A stretch of 64,000 bases of DNA from an uncultured Actinomycetota bacterium (GTDB taxonomy: Bacteria; Actinomycetota; Actinomycetes; Streptosporangiales; Streptosporangiaceae), in NCBI GenBank assembly GCA_963816485.1, contig CAWFKU010000004.1:642454-706453 (forward strand). The letters are read 5' to 3'. Position 1 is the stretch's first letter, and each line of letters opens with the position of its first letter. The notes under the pieces were generated by a model. The model made no database searches and was not told the origin of the DNA. It saw only the letters and a list, made by a program, of their open reading frames with translations. The position numbers and the translations under genes were made by a program. This document shows, piece by piece, positions 1 to 9,596 of this stretch.

Positions 1-385
1 ACTCGTCCGAGGCGTACTGGTCCCTGGGATAGGTCCATACCTCCTTGGCCTTGCCGTCGGTGAGGTGGAAGACCTGAACGGTGTCGTCCTGCAGGCTCCG
101 GCCCTCGCGTTCGGCGCGGACCGTCGTCAGGGCGACCGCGTGCTCGTCGTTGGCGATCACGTCGCGCACCTCGACGGTGATGGACCCCCAGCATGCCTCG
201 AATGTACGCAGCAGCCATCCCGCCACCTGATCGGCGCCGTAATAGTCACCGCCGAGCGGGCTCTTGCCGGGATAATGCCAGCGGATGTCCTCGGCGAAGA
301 ACCTGCTCTTCAGCGTATTGATATCACCATGCTCGAAGGCCGCATACCCGTCCCTCAGCCGATCTTCGTTGGCGTGTGCCGTCAT
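1..385 (-). CDS. SnoaL-like / NTF2-fold family protein (3' end runs off the window start)
   Basis: Minus-strand ATG at 385-383 gives MTAHANEDRLRDGYAAFEHGDINTLKSRFFAEDIRWHYPGKSPLGGDYY..., open to the window edge. Absent from the ORF track because it is edge-truncated. The sequence pattern is typical of SnoaL/NTF2-like proteins. Confidence 0.6.
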   Translation of the reverse strand, partial: MTAHANEDRLRDGYAAFEHGDINTLKSRFFAEDIRWHYPGKSPLGGDYYGADQVAGWLLRTFEACWGSITVEVRDVIANDEHAVALTTVRAEREGRSLQDDTVQVFHLTDGKAKEVWTYPRDQYASDE

Positions 386-445
386 CGTCTCTCCCTTCCA
401 TCAGTGCCAGCAGGAACTGGCTTCGCCGGGCAGTGTCAGGATTCG

Positions 446-2230
446 TCAGGAACTCGCAGGCTTAACTGGAGTCAGTCGCGCAGCGGCCGTCGTATGCAGG
501 TGACGGTGCACCAGGGGAATGGTGGCCGCGCCTTCTCCTGCCGCGGAGGAGACCCGTTTGACCGATCCGCGGCGTACGTCACCGACCGCGAACACCCCAG
601 GCAGGCTTGTCTCCAGCGGCAGCGGTGCGCGGCCGGAGGGCCAGCAGCCCACGGTGTCAGCGGGCACGTCCTGGCCGGTGCGAATGTATCCCCGCGGGTC
701 GCGCGCGACGGCTTTGCCGAGCCACTGCGTCCGTGGCTGTGAGCCGATGAGCACGAACAGCGCGTCAGCCGGGACGCTGCGCCTCGCCCCGGAGACGGTG
801 TCTTGCAATATCAGCGATTGGAGGTGGCCGGTGGCGGCGCCATCGGCCACCTGTACGCGGTAGCAGACGTCGACGTTGGGCGCAGCGTCTAGCTGGCGGA
901 TCAGGTAGTCGGACATACTGCTCGCCAGCGACTCTGCGCGCACCAGCACCGTTACCCGGCTGGCCCACTTGGCCATGTGCAGTGCGGTCTGCCCCGCGGA
1001 GTTGCCGGCTCCGGCGACGAACACGTTCCGCTCGCGCATAGCCGCTGCCTCGCTGGTCGCGGCGCCGTAGAAGACGCCCCGGCCTTGCAGGTGCTCCAGG
1101 TGCGGGATACCGAGCCGCTGGTAGGTAGCGCCGGTTGCGATGATAACGGTGCGCGTGGTGAGAGCGCTGCCGTCGGATAGCCGCAGCCGGTAGTGGCCGT
1201 CGCGTCTCGACAGGCTCTCGGCCCGGCGCATGTGCAAGAAGGTCGTGCCGAAGGTCCAGGCCTGCTGCCAGGTCTCCTGGGCCAGACTGGCGCCGCTGAT
1301 GCCCTGGGAGAAGCCGGGGTAGTTGCGGATCATCGAACTGGTCCCGGCCTGCCCCCCGATGGCCTCATGCTCGACTACCACGGTCCGCAGGCCTTCGGAG
1401 GACGCGTAGACCGCGGCTGCGAGCCCGGCGGGGCCTGCACCGACTACCGTTACGTCGAAAACCTCCGCGGCGGAGATCGGCCTCATCAGGCCGAAGGCGT
1501 CGGCGATCTCGCGGTTGGACGGATTAACCAGAGCCGGCTGCTCAGCGCCGAACCGGAGTGCGACAACGGGCAGTTCCGGCGACTCCAGGCCGAGTTCGTG
1601 CAGCATCTGCCGGGCGTGCTCGGAGGTCGCGTCATAAAACCCGACCGGGACCCGGTTGCGCGAGAAAAGGTCACGCAGTTCTTGAGACCGCGCGGACCAT
1701 CGCTCGCCGATTACCTGCGCTGCCTCGAAACCGCCGCCCCGCTGGCTGCTCCACTCCATCAGGAACTCGGTCACCGAGCGGTGGAATTCCTCGGCCGGGG
1801 CCTGCAGGGGACGCGTCAGCCAGTGATCGATCTTGCCCAGGGCGACCGCGTCGAAGATCGACCGCATCGAGTCCCAGTCACCCCAGCGAACCGCGGCCAC
1901 CCGAAGTGCCGTCGGGTCGAGGGCGCGGATCGCCGAAAGCGCCTCGATGCCGTCGGGATCCTGCGCACTGACGGCGCCAATGACCAGCGCAACCGGCAGC
2001 CCAGCGGCCACCAGATCGCGTATCCAGGAGACTAGCTCCGCGGACCGGTCACAGACCACGATCTGATAATCCGCGCCATACCGCTTGGACAGCTCCCGGT
2101 GGAGGATCTCACGCGCGCCAGGCTCACGGCAGACGACGACGATGGCCGCTCGCACCCCGGCAGTTTCACCGATCCGGGCGGCAGCTAGCTCTTCGTGCAC
2201 CGTTGTGGGAGTGCGGGCTGAGGTGGTCAT
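446..2230 (-). CDS. FAD-dependent pyridine nucleotide-disulfide oxidoreductase (thioredoxin-reductase-like) with N-terminal receiver-like domain
   Basis: ORF 446..2293. Preferred start is ATG 2230, preceded by GAAGGGGAG. FAD motif VVGAGPAGLAAAVYASSEG, NAD(P) motif VAGAGNSAGQTALHMAKW, and GVFAVGDVR near the C-terminus. About 200 aa of CheY-like N-terminus. I see no CxxC redox pair. Confidence 0.8.
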   Translation of the reverse strand: MTTSARTPTTVHEELAAARIGETAGVRAAIVVVCREPGAREILHRELSKRYGADYQIVVCDRSAELVSWIRDLVAAGLPVALVIGAVSAQDPDGIEALSAIRALDPTALRVAAVRWGDWDSMRSIFDAVALGKIDHWLTRPLQAPAEEFHRSVTEFLMEWSSQRGGGFEAAQVIGERWSARSQELRDLFSRNRVPVGFYDATSEHARQMLHELGLESPELPVVALRFGAEQPALVNPSNREIADAFGLMRPISAAEVFDVTVVGAGPAGLAAAVYASSEGLRTVVVEHEAIGGQAGTSSMIRNYPGFSQGISGASLAQETWQQAWTFGTTFLHMRRAESLSRRDGHYRLRLSDGSALTTRTVIIATGATYQRLGIPHLEHLQGRGVFYGAATSEAAAMRERNVFVAGAGNSAGQTALHMAKWASRVTVLVRAESLASSMSDYLIRQLDAAPNVDVCYRVQVADGAATGHLQSLILQDTVSGARRSVPADALFVLIGSQPRTQWLGKAVARDPRGYIRTGQDVPADTVGCWPSGRAPLPLETSLPGVFAVGDVRRGSVKRVSSAAGEGAATIPLVHRHLHTTAAARLTPVKPASS

Positions 2231-2661
2231 GCGCTCCCCTTCAGGTGAGTCGTGTTGGCGGGCGCCGGTCCGAGCGGTGATCGCATCGGCCACCCAGTCA
2301 AGCGGCCGGATGAACGCCAGAGACCAGGCTCGCTTCCGCCAGATACCGTCCTGCTGGCCACCTTGGCCCCAGGCTGGCGGGGGAGATGGATGGGACAGTG
2401 GGCGTCCTTATACCGAGCCGTATAGAACATGATGAGTGACGTGGCCACGATCTGGATCCCGCCGAGCACGATGAAGACGCCGGCATGAATGGCGATGGCT
2501 TGTGCTGTGGTCAGGAAGGACGCCAGGAGCCACATCTCAAAGGCCACCCGGCTGATGCCTGCCGAGCAGCGGGCCCTGATGAGGTGGGAAATCTGCGGTA
2601 CGTAGGCGGCTCCGGCCAGCCCGGCACCGACAAAACCCGCGATCTCTGTAGCGGTCAGCAT
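2227..2661 (-). CDS. PQ-loop (SemiSWEET-like) small membrane protein
   Basis: ORF 2227..2757. Likely start is ATG 2661 (MLTATEIAGFVGAGLAGAAYVPQISHLI...). Three hydrophobic helices and a PQ motif. The stop overlaps the ATG of the downstream oxidoreductase (ATGA). Confidence 0.6.
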   Translation of the reverse strand: MLTATEIAGFVGAGLAGAAYVPQISHLIRARCSAGISRVAFEMWLLASFLTTAQAIAIHAGVFIVLGGIQIVATSLIMFYTARYKDAHCPIHLPRQPGAKVASRTVSGGSEPGLWRSSGRLTGWPMRSPLGPAPANTTHLKGSA

Positions 2662-2941
2662 CGCGGACTCAAGGACTGAGCCGCCGAAAGGTCCGCCCGC
2701 GCCGTTGCCGTAGTCATGACTCCTCCTCCGCAGCCCCGGTACCGGGCCGCTCGGCAACCAGCTTGCGGCGAAGGTCGCGCCGCGGACGAGTGACGGTCTC
2801 GTACCACCACCTGGCCGGTCAGCTACTCGGACGAATCGGCATCAAATGACCAGCGGCACCCGCACATGCTGGGCCGACACGCCGGTCGGGAGTACGGAAT
2901 CTGTACTACCTTGGGCCGTGCCGACCAGGCATCATGGGCAT

Positions 2942-3652
2942 ATGACGAGCTACGCGGACTACTGCCCGATCTCAGTCGGCGTCGAGGTACTGGGTGACCG
3001 GTGGACGCCGCTGGTCATCCGCGAACTCATGATGGGCGCCGGTGGCTTCAACGAAATCCACCGGGGGATTCCGCGGATCAGCAGGACCATGCTGGCGCAG
3101 CGACTCCGACTGCTCGAGCGGCGCGGGCTGGTTTGCCGTGAGACTGCGGCCCGTGGACGGCCTGGCCGCTACACGCTGACCCCGGCGGGGGAGTCGGTCA
3201 CCCCGGTTATCTGGGCCATCGGCCACTGGGCGGCTGAGTGGACCTTCGGGGACCCAGCTGAAGGCGATTGCGACGGACGGTCGCTCATGTGGCGCCTGCA
3301 CCAGCATGCGATCGCGGCCAGGCTCCCCCGGCAGCGCACGGTCTTGCATCTGACGCTGACCGGGGCGGGCGCTGCTGAGGGCTGGCTCGATATTCAACAT
3401 GGCGCGGTCACAGTGTGCACCGACGACCCCGGCTACGACGTTGACCTGGCGATCGAAGCCGATACCGGGCAGATGCAGCGCTGGCTCGTCGGCCTCGTCC
3501 CGTTCCGCGACCTGATCGCCGACGGCAACGCCCGGCTGCTCGGGCCAAGCCGGCTGACCCGGGCGTTCCCGACCTGGTTCGACACCTCCTACTTCGCTGA
3601 CAGCCTGCGCCGGGCCGAGCAACGCCGCGGGCTGCAGACCGCGCTCGCCTAG
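2942..3652 (+). CDS. HxlR-family winged-helix transcriptional regulator with extra C-terminal domain
   Basis: MTSYADYCPISVGVEVLGDRWTPLVIRELMMGAGGFNEIHRGIPRISRTMLAQRLRLLERRGLV is a classic HxlR signature. Divergent from the PQ-loop/oxidoreductase pair. Confidence 0.8.
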   Translation: MTSYADYCPISVGVEVLGDRWTPLVIRELMMGAGGFNEIHRGIPRISRTMLAQRLRLLERRGLVCRETAARGRPGRYTLTPAGESVTPVIWAIGHWAAEWTFGDPAEGDCDGRSLMWRLHQHAIAARLPRQRTVLHLTLTGAGAAEGWLDIQHGAVTVCTDDPGYDVDLAIEADTGQMQRWLVGLVPFRDLIADGNARLLGPSRLTRAFPTWFDTSYFADSLRRAEQRRGLQTALA

Positions 3653-3736
3653 TTCTGCGCCCAGGTCTTCGCGTTTGGCCCCCTCGCCGAGACGGCCGCG
3701 TAGCCAGGATGTTCTTTAACAGGTATCTTTCGATAG

Positions 3737-4360
3737 ATGTCTATTAACAAACCTGCCTCAGACGCGGAGCCGGTTGCGCCAGTAGCGCCGCGCCCGATCG
3801 GTGATCCGCCGACGCTGCGCGCCCTGGCGCATCCGATCCGGATCGCCCTGCTCGAGGCGCTGGGCGGACGCGAGCCCCTCAACGCCACCGAGGCGGCCGA
3901 GATCATCGGCGAGTCGCCCTCGGCCTGCTCGTTCCACTTCCGGATGCTGGCCAAGTACGGCCTTGTCGAGGACGCCGGAGGCGGCACTGGCCGACGCCGG
4001 CCATGGCGCCGCGCGAGCCCGGCCGGCTTCACCTTTCCTGCGGTCAGCAACGACACGCAGGCCGGACTGGCGGCCGACGCCCTCTCGAGCGTCGTGTGGG
4101 GCAGGTACCTCGACCGGGCCCGAGCGGCGCTCGCCCGAAGGCCAGTGCTGGCCGCGGAGCAGGAAGCGCTCACCAGCGCCGCGCAGACCGTCGCCTACGT
4201 CACACGGCCGGAAGCCGCCGAGTTCCTGTCGGAACTGCAGGCCCTCATCGGCCGGTACCAGAACCGCCTGGCCGACCAGTCGCTTCGCCCGCCCGGCGCC
4301 GTGCCGCTGGAACTGCTGCTGTTCACCTATCCGCTCGACGCGATCCCCCCCGGAGGGTGA
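3737..4360 (+). CDS. ArsR-type winged-helix transcriptional regulator
   Basis: LRALAHPIRIALLEALGGREPLNATEAAEIIGESPSACSFHFRMLAKYGLVED is an ArsR/SmtB-like HTH. It sits immediately upstream of the MFS gene. Confidence 0.7.
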   Translation: MSINKPASDAEPVAPVAPRPIGDPPTLRALAHPIRIALLEALGGREPLNATEAAEIIGESPSACSFHFRMLAKYGLVEDAGGGTGRRRPWRRASPAGFTFPAVSNDTQAGLAADALSSVVWGRYLDRARAALARRPVLAAEQEALTSAAQTVAYVTRPEAAEFLSELQALIGRYQNRLADQSLRPPGAVPLELLLFTYPLDAIPPGG

Positions 4361-4364
4361 CGGC

Positions 4365-5624
4365 ATGCGGCGGCTCCTGCTCCATCGCAACCCCCGGCTC
4401 TATCTGTCCGGCCAGGTCATGTCGCTGTTCGGCGACAGCGCGCTATGGCTCGCCATCGCGATCTGGATCAAGGTCCTCACCGGCAGTTCATCGGCGGCGG
4501 GACTGTCCTGGTTCGCGCTGGCGCTGGGCAGCCTGTTCGGCCCCGTCGGCGGGATGCTGGCCGACCGGGTGCGGCGCAGGCCTTTGCTGGTGGCGACGAA
4601 CCTGGCCACGGCGGCCCTGGTGCTCCTGCTGCTGCTGGTCCGCGATCGTCACCAGGTCTGGCTGATCTACCTGGTCATGTTCGGCTACGGCGTGTCCGGC
4701 AGCTTGCTGGGCCCAGCTCAGACCGCCCTGGTCCAGGGCATCGTCCCGGCCGATCTCCTTAGCGACGCGAATGGCGTCCTCCAGACGGCGCAGCAGGGCA
4801 TGCGCCTGGTGACACCGCTCGCGGGCGCCGGACTGTTCGCCGTGCTCGGTCCCGGTCCCGTCATCATCGGCGACGCGGCCACCTTCCTGGTGGCGGTGGC
4901 GACCTTGCTCGCCATCAGGTTCCGCGAGCCGCCTCCAGTGCGGACCCGGCAGCGCTGGCTTGCGGAAGTGACCGCGGGCGCCCGTCACATTGCCCGGACG
5001 GCAGCGCTACGGCAGCTGACGGTGACGGCGGCCATTGTCGTTACCGCCTATGGCCTGTCGGAGACCATTCCGTTCGCCGTCGTCAGCCAGGGACTGCATC
5101 GGCCGGCGCCGTTTGTCGGAGTCATGACGGCGGCTCAAGGTGCGGGGGCGATCCTCGCCGGCATCGCGGCCGGCCCGCTCATGCGCCTGCTCAGCGAAGG
5201 ACTGGTGGCCACGCTGGGGTTGGGTTGCGCGGCAGTCGGCTATCTGCTGCTCATGCCGGCCCACCTGCCGCCGGTTCTCGTCGGCAGCGCACTGCTTGGA
5301 GCGTCACTGTCCTGGATCATTGCCGGGATCATGACCCTGTTTCAGCGCCGAACCCCGCCAGAACTCATGGGGCGCACCGACGCCGCGTTCACGTTCTGCT
5401 ACGCGGTGCCGCAGACGCTCGCGATCGTGGCCGGGGCCGGCCTCATCGCGGTGCTGAGCTACCGGATTCTGCTGCCGATCATCGCCGGAGTCATGACGCT
5501 GGCCGCTGTCTACGTCGCCACCCGAAGCGAGCAGCGGCGAATGATCCGTGCCCGGGTTGTGAGGGGCAACCTGAGCCTGGAACGCTATGGGAACACCTTT
5601 GCCGGAGAAGGGCCGCGCCGATGA
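4365..5624 (+). CDS. MFS transporter
   Basis: Within ORF 3801..5624, ATG 4365 gives MRRLLLHRNPRLYLSGQVMSLFGDSALWLAIAIWIKVLTG... About 12 hydrophobic segments and an MLADRVRRRPLL loop motif. Confidence 0.8.
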   Translation: MRRLLLHRNPRLYLSGQVMSLFGDSALWLAIAIWIKVLTGSSSAAGLSWFALALGSLFGPVGGMLADRVRRRPLLVATNLATAALVLLLLLVRDRHQVWLIYLVMFGYGVSGSLLGPAQTALVQGIVPADLLSDANGVLQTAQQGMRLVTPLAGAGLFAVLGPGPVIIGDAATFLVAVATLLAIRFREPPPVRTRQRWLAEVTAGARHIARTAALRQLTVTAAIVVTAYGLSETIPFAVVSQGLHRPAPFVGVMTAAQGAGAILAGIAAGPLMRLLSEGLVATLGLGCAAVGYLLLMPAHLPPVLVGSALLGASLSWIIAGIMTLFQRRTPPELMGRTDAAFTFCYAVPQTLAIVAGAGLIAVLSYRILLPIIAGVMTLAAVYVATRSEQRRMIRARVVRGNLSLERYGNTFAGEGPRR

Positions 5625-6493
5625 AAATGCCTCCCTTTGACTATGAGGCGCCTACGACCATCTCCGAGGCGGTCGACCTGCTGGCTGAGCATTTGGACCA
5701 GGCGAACGTGCTCGCGGGCGGCCAGAGCCTGATCCCGCTACTGGCGCTGCGGCTGGCCTACCCGGCGGTGCTCATCGACATCAACGGCATAGCTGGGCTG
5801 TCCGGGGTGTCAGCGACCGACGGCTGGGTGGCCATCGGTGCCATGACGCGGGAGTACGTCGCCGAGGAATCCAGGACCGTCGCCAGTGCCGTGCCGTTGC
5901 TGACCGCTGCTCTGCCGCTGATCGGCCATGAGGCAATCCGCAGCCGCGGCACGATCGGTGGCAGCCTGGCGCATGCCGACCCGGCAGCGGAGTTGCCGGC
6001 CGTCGCGCGGGCGCTCGATGCCGAGTTCGTTGTGCGCAGTCAGTCGGGCGAACGGGTTATCCCAGCGGCAGACTGGTTCGAGGGCTACCTCACGACGTCG
6101 CGCCGACCCGACGAGCTCCTCGTGGAGGTGCGCTTCCCAACCGCAGCACTGGGCACGGGGACTAGCTTCCAGGAGGTCGCCAGACGCCACGGCGACTTCG
6201 CGATTGTCGGCCTGGCAGCATCACTGACGCTCTCCGACGGCGCGATCAGCGATGCCCGGCTGGCTCTGGCCGGCATCTCCGCTGTGCCAGTCCGGGCCGC
6301 CGACGCGGAAGACCTCCTGGTCGGCGAGAGGCCGTCGGCCGAGCTGTTCGATGAGGCAGCGCGCCGGGCGACCGAGAATATCGACCCGCCAGCGGACCTG
6401 CACGGGTCGTCGGAGTACCGGAAGAAGGTCGGCGCCGCCCTGGTGCGTCGCGGCCTGCGAGCGGCCGCTGACAACGCCGACGAAAGGCAGTGA
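5621..6493 (+). CDS. Xanthine dehydrogenase/CO dehydrogenase family FAD-binding medium subunit (CoxM-like)
   Basis: ATG 5621 overlaps the MFS stop (ATGA). MKMPPFDYEAPTTISEAVDLLAEH..ANVLAGGQSLIPLLALRLAYPAVLIDINGI and AIRSRGTIGGSLAHADPAAELP are typical of this subunit. Confidence 0.85.
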   Translation: MKMPPFDYEAPTTISEAVDLLAEHLDQANVLAGGQSLIPLLALRLAYPAVLIDINGIAGLSGVSATDGWVAIGAMTREYVAEESRTVASAVPLLTAALPLIGHEAIRSRGTIGGSLAHADPAAELPAVARALDAEFVVRSQSGERVIPAADWFEGYLTTSRRPDELLVEVRFPTAALGTGTSFQEVARRHGDFAIVGLAASLTLSDGAISDARLALAGISAVPVRAADAEDLLVGERPSAELFDEAARRATENIDPPADLHGSSEYRKKVGAALVRRGLRAAADNADERQ

Positions 6494-6966
6494 CTCAAGT
6501 GGACATAACGCTGCGGATCAACGGCGTGACATGCACGGGCTCGCCGGAGGCGCGCAAGACACTGGCCGACTTCCTGCGCGATGACCTCAATCTCACCGGC
6601 ACCCACGTCGGCTGCGAGCACGGGGTCTGCGGTGCGTGCACCGTCATCGTCGACGGACGTACGGTGCGCTCGTGCCTGATGCTGGCGGTCCAGGCCGCCG
6701 GCGGCGAGGTAACGACAATCGAGGGGCTAGCGCCGGACGGCGAGCTTGGCCCGCTGCAGCAGGCGATGTTGGACTCGCACAGCTTCCAGTGCGGGTTCTG
6801 CACGCCCGGATTCGTCATGCAGGCTACGGCGTTTCTCCGAGCCCATCCCGACGCCGACGAGCAGCAGATTCGCGAGGCGCTGTCCGGCAACATCTGCCGG
6901 TGCACCGGCTACCAGAGCATCATCGACGGTGTCCTGCTGGCCGCCGAGAGGGCCCGTCAGAGCTGA
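6490..6966 (+). CDS. (2Fe-2S)-binding small subunit of a molybdenum hydroxylase (CoxS-like)
   Basis: GCEHGVCGACTV and CGFCTPGF...NICRCTGY cysteine motifs. 4-nt overlap with the upstream gene. Confidence 0.9.
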   Translation: MTQVDITLRINGVTCTGSPEARKTLADFLRDDLNLTGTHVGCEHGVCGACTVIVDGRTVRSCLMLAVQAAGGEVTTIEGLAPDGELGPLQQAMLDSHSFQCGFCTPGFVMQATAFLRAHPDADEQQIREALSGNICRCTGYQSIIDGVLLAAERARQS

Positions 6967-6979
6967 GCGAGGAGCGATC

Positions 6980-9349
6980 ATGGCAGGAATAGTGGCCGAG
7001 CGTTACACCGGCGCCAGCATCAAGCGTTCGGAGGACCCGCGCATTCTGACCGGCTCGGGTCGGTACGTCGACGACGTCAAGCTGCCGGGGATGCTGCACG
7101 CTGCCTTCGTGCGCTCTCCGCTGGCGCACGCGCGTGTGCTCTCCGTCGATGTCTCGGCTGCCCGGGCGCTGCCCGGAGTCGTCGCAGCGTTCACGGGGGC
7201 AGAGCTAGAAGCGATGACCGTCCCTGGGCCCGATGCGCTCTCGGCTCTCATGGGCACCGGCGGCCCCACCCCCCAGTTCACCCTGCTTGCGACGGACAAG
7301 GTGCGCTTCGTCGGTGATCCGCTGGCGGTCGTCATTGCCGAGAGCCGGTACCTCGCCGAGGACGGCTGCGAGCTAGTGGAGGTCGGATACGACGACCTGC
7401 CGCCGGTCACCAGCGCCGCCTTCGCGCTCGATCCGGCGAGCCCGCCGCTGTTCGCCAATCTCTGTGACAACATCGCCCGCCCGCACTCGCGCCACGAGTC
7501 CGGCGACGTCGACGGCATTTTCGGCGCCGCTGATCGCGTCTTCGATTTCCGCATCGACGTGCATCGTCACCAGAACGTGCCGATGGAGGGCCGCGGCTGC
7601 GTCGCGAGCTACGACGCCGACGCGGAGGTCATGACCGTGTATGCGGCGACGCAGAGCGTGCACGTCAGCAAGATCGCCGTGGCCATGCGCCTCGGCATGG
7701 CACAGGACAAGGTGCGCGTCCTGGCCGGCGATGTTGGCGGCTCGTTCGGCTTGAAGATCGGCGCGTCACGGGAAGAACTCGCGGTCGCGGCTGCCTCGCG
7801 TGCTCTCGGCCGGCCGGTCAGGTGGATCGAGGACCGGAGCGAGAACCTCATCGCGTCCGGCCAGGCACGCGAGGAGAGCTTCGATGTCCGGGCGGCCGTC
7901 AGCAACGACGGCGACCTGCTCGGCCTGGACGTGAAGATGGTCATCGACACCGGCGCCTACCCGGGTATGGGAGGCATGGTCCCGTCGATCGTCGAGGCGA
8001 TGCTGCCGGGTCCGTACAAGCTGGCGGCGCTCGGCTTCGAGTCCACCGCAGTGATCACGAACAAGGCGTCGTACGTTGCCTATCGCGGCCCGTGGGCGTC
8101 CGAGACGTTCGTGCGGGAGCGCATACTCGATGTCATCGCCAAGGCCCTTGGACTCGATCCGGTCGAGATCCGGCTGCGCAACGTCGCTCCCCGCAGCGAT
8201 CCGCCAGCCGCCATGATCACCGGGCGGCCGCTGGTCGGAATCACGACGCGGGAGTCACTGGAGCGGATCACCGAGCTCGTGGATATCCCGGCGTTCCGGC
8301 GCCAGCAGGCCGAAGCGCGAACCCGCGGGCGTTACCTCGGCATCGGCGTCGCAACGTTCATCGAGGCCGCCCCCGGCCCGCGCTCGCCGGACGGACCCAG
8401 CGGCCCGATGGGTATCGAGTCCATGCGCCTCCAGCTCGACGGGGGCGGCATGGTAGTGCTGTTCACCGGCCAGATGCCGCACGGCCAGAGCCACCAGACG
8501 ACCCTGGCCCAGATCGCTGCCGACGAATTCGGGGTGCCGTTCGAGCAGGTCCGCGTCGTCGTCGGCGACACCGACGTCGTCCCGTTCGGTCTGACCGGCG
8601 GCAGCCGGTCGGCCACCATGACCGGAGGCGTTGCCCTCCACGGTGCCCGGCAGCTCAAGGCCAAGGTGCTGGACTTCGCCTCGCATCTCATGGAGGCCCG
8701 CGCACAGGACCTCCAGATCGTCGACGGCAATGTCGTTGTGCGCGGCGACCCTGAGAGCGCGATCGCGGTCAGCGAGGTCGCGCGGCGGGCAGCATCGGGG
8801 CAGTTCGGCGCCGACGTGGACGCCAATCTCGAGGTCGAGGCCGCGTTCGACGGCGGCGAGGGCGGCTGGTCGGGCGGCAGTCACTGCGCCGTCGTCGACG
8901 TCGACGTCGAGACCGGCCTGGTGACCGTGCAGCGGTACGTCGTCGCCGAGGACTGCGGCGCGCTCATCAACCCGGCCGTGGTCGAGGGCCAGATCCGGGG
9001 CGGCGTCGCGCAGGGCATCGGCGCGGTGCTGCTTGAACGATCGGTGTACGACGAGGACGGCAACTTCCAGTCAGCCACCTTCATGGACTACCTGCTGCCG
9101 ACCGCCTGCGACATCCCCCGGATCGAGATAGCGCATCTGGAGACCGTGCCTCTTGATGCCGACGTCAACTTCCGCGGAGTAGGCGAGGGCGGAATGGTCG
9201 TCGCGCCGCCCACGATAGTGAACGCCATCGAGGACGCGCTCTCGCCCTTCGGCGTGCGGATCTACGAGCAGCACCTGCCTCCGGCCCGAATTCTGGAACT
9301 CATTGCCGCTGCTGCGCCCGGTCCGGCTCGGCCAGCGCATTCCGGGTGA
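6980..9349 (+). CDS. Molybdopterin-binding large subunit of xanthine dehydrogenase/aerobic CODH family (not a true CO dehydrogenase signature)
   Basis: ATG 6980 within ORF 6746..9349. MAGIVAERYTGASIKRSEDPRILTGSGRYVDDV..., GGSFGLKIG, RGVGEGGMVVAPPTIVNAIEDAL. The active-site loop reads VAYRGPWAS, so it lacks the VAYRCSFR cysteine of form I CODH. Confidence 0.85.
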   Translation: MAGIVAERYTGASIKRSEDPRILTGSGRYVDDVKLPGMLHAAFVRSPLAHARVLSVDVSAARALPGVVAAFTGAELEAMTVPGPDALSALMGTGGPTPQFTLLATDKVRFVGDPLAVVIAESRYLAEDGCELVEVGYDDLPPVTSAAFALDPASPPLFANLCDNIARPHSRHESGDVDGIFGAADRVFDFRIDVHRHQNVPMEGRGCVASYDADAEVMTVYAATQSVHVSKIAVAMRLGMAQDKVRVLAGDVGGSFGLKIGASREELAVAAASRALGRPVRWIEDRSENLIASGQAREESFDVRAAVSNDGDLLGLDVKMVIDTGAYPGMGGMVPSIVEAMLPGPYKLAALGFESTAVITNKASYVAYRGPWASETFVRERILDVIAKALGLDPVEIRLRNVAPRSDPPAAMITGRPLVGITTRESLERITELVDIPAFRRQQAEARTRGRYLGIGVATFIEAAPGPRSPDGPSGPMGIESMRLQLDGGGMVVLFTGQMPHGQSHQTTLAQIAADEFGVPFEQVRVVVGDTDVVPFGLTGGSRSATMTGGVALHGARQLKAKVLDFASHLMEARAQDLQIVDGNVVVRGDPESAIAVSEVARRAASGQFGADVDANLEVEAAFDGGEGGWSGGSHCAVVDVDVETGLVTVQRYVVAEDCGALINPAVVEGQIRGGVAQGIGAVLLERSVYDEDGNFQSATFMDYLLPTACDIPRIEIAHLETVPLDADVNFRGVGEGGMVVAPPTIVNAIEDALSPFGVRIYEQHLPPARILELIAAAAPGPARPAHSG

Positions 9350-9596
9350 GCAGGCGCGCCGCGATCAGCAGCGCGATCACCGGAACCGCGAGCTGGGCCA
9401 GCTACACCGCCGTGTGGTACGGATCCTCCTTCCACGGGCTGATCGCCCAGGCGGCCTTGTTCCGGATCTCCGGTACCGTCAGGGCCTCGAACACGGCGCT
9501 GCGTCGGCGCTGCCGCTGAGCATCAGCCCGCCGTCGCGACGACCGTCGGCTTTCTCCGGAGCCTGTGAGGTCCGCAGGCGGCCTGAGCATCGAGGG

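Noticed and set aside
9350-9596. Short minus-strand ORF (9402..9590) ending ..FEALTVPEIRNKAAWAISPWKEDPYHTAV*, followed in frame by a hydrophobic stretch LAQLAVPVIALLIAARLL
   Set aside because: It could be a small membrane-protein gene killed by a TAG. However, the N-terminal part is Arg-rich nonsense, no start/RBS combination is convincing, and I recognise no family.
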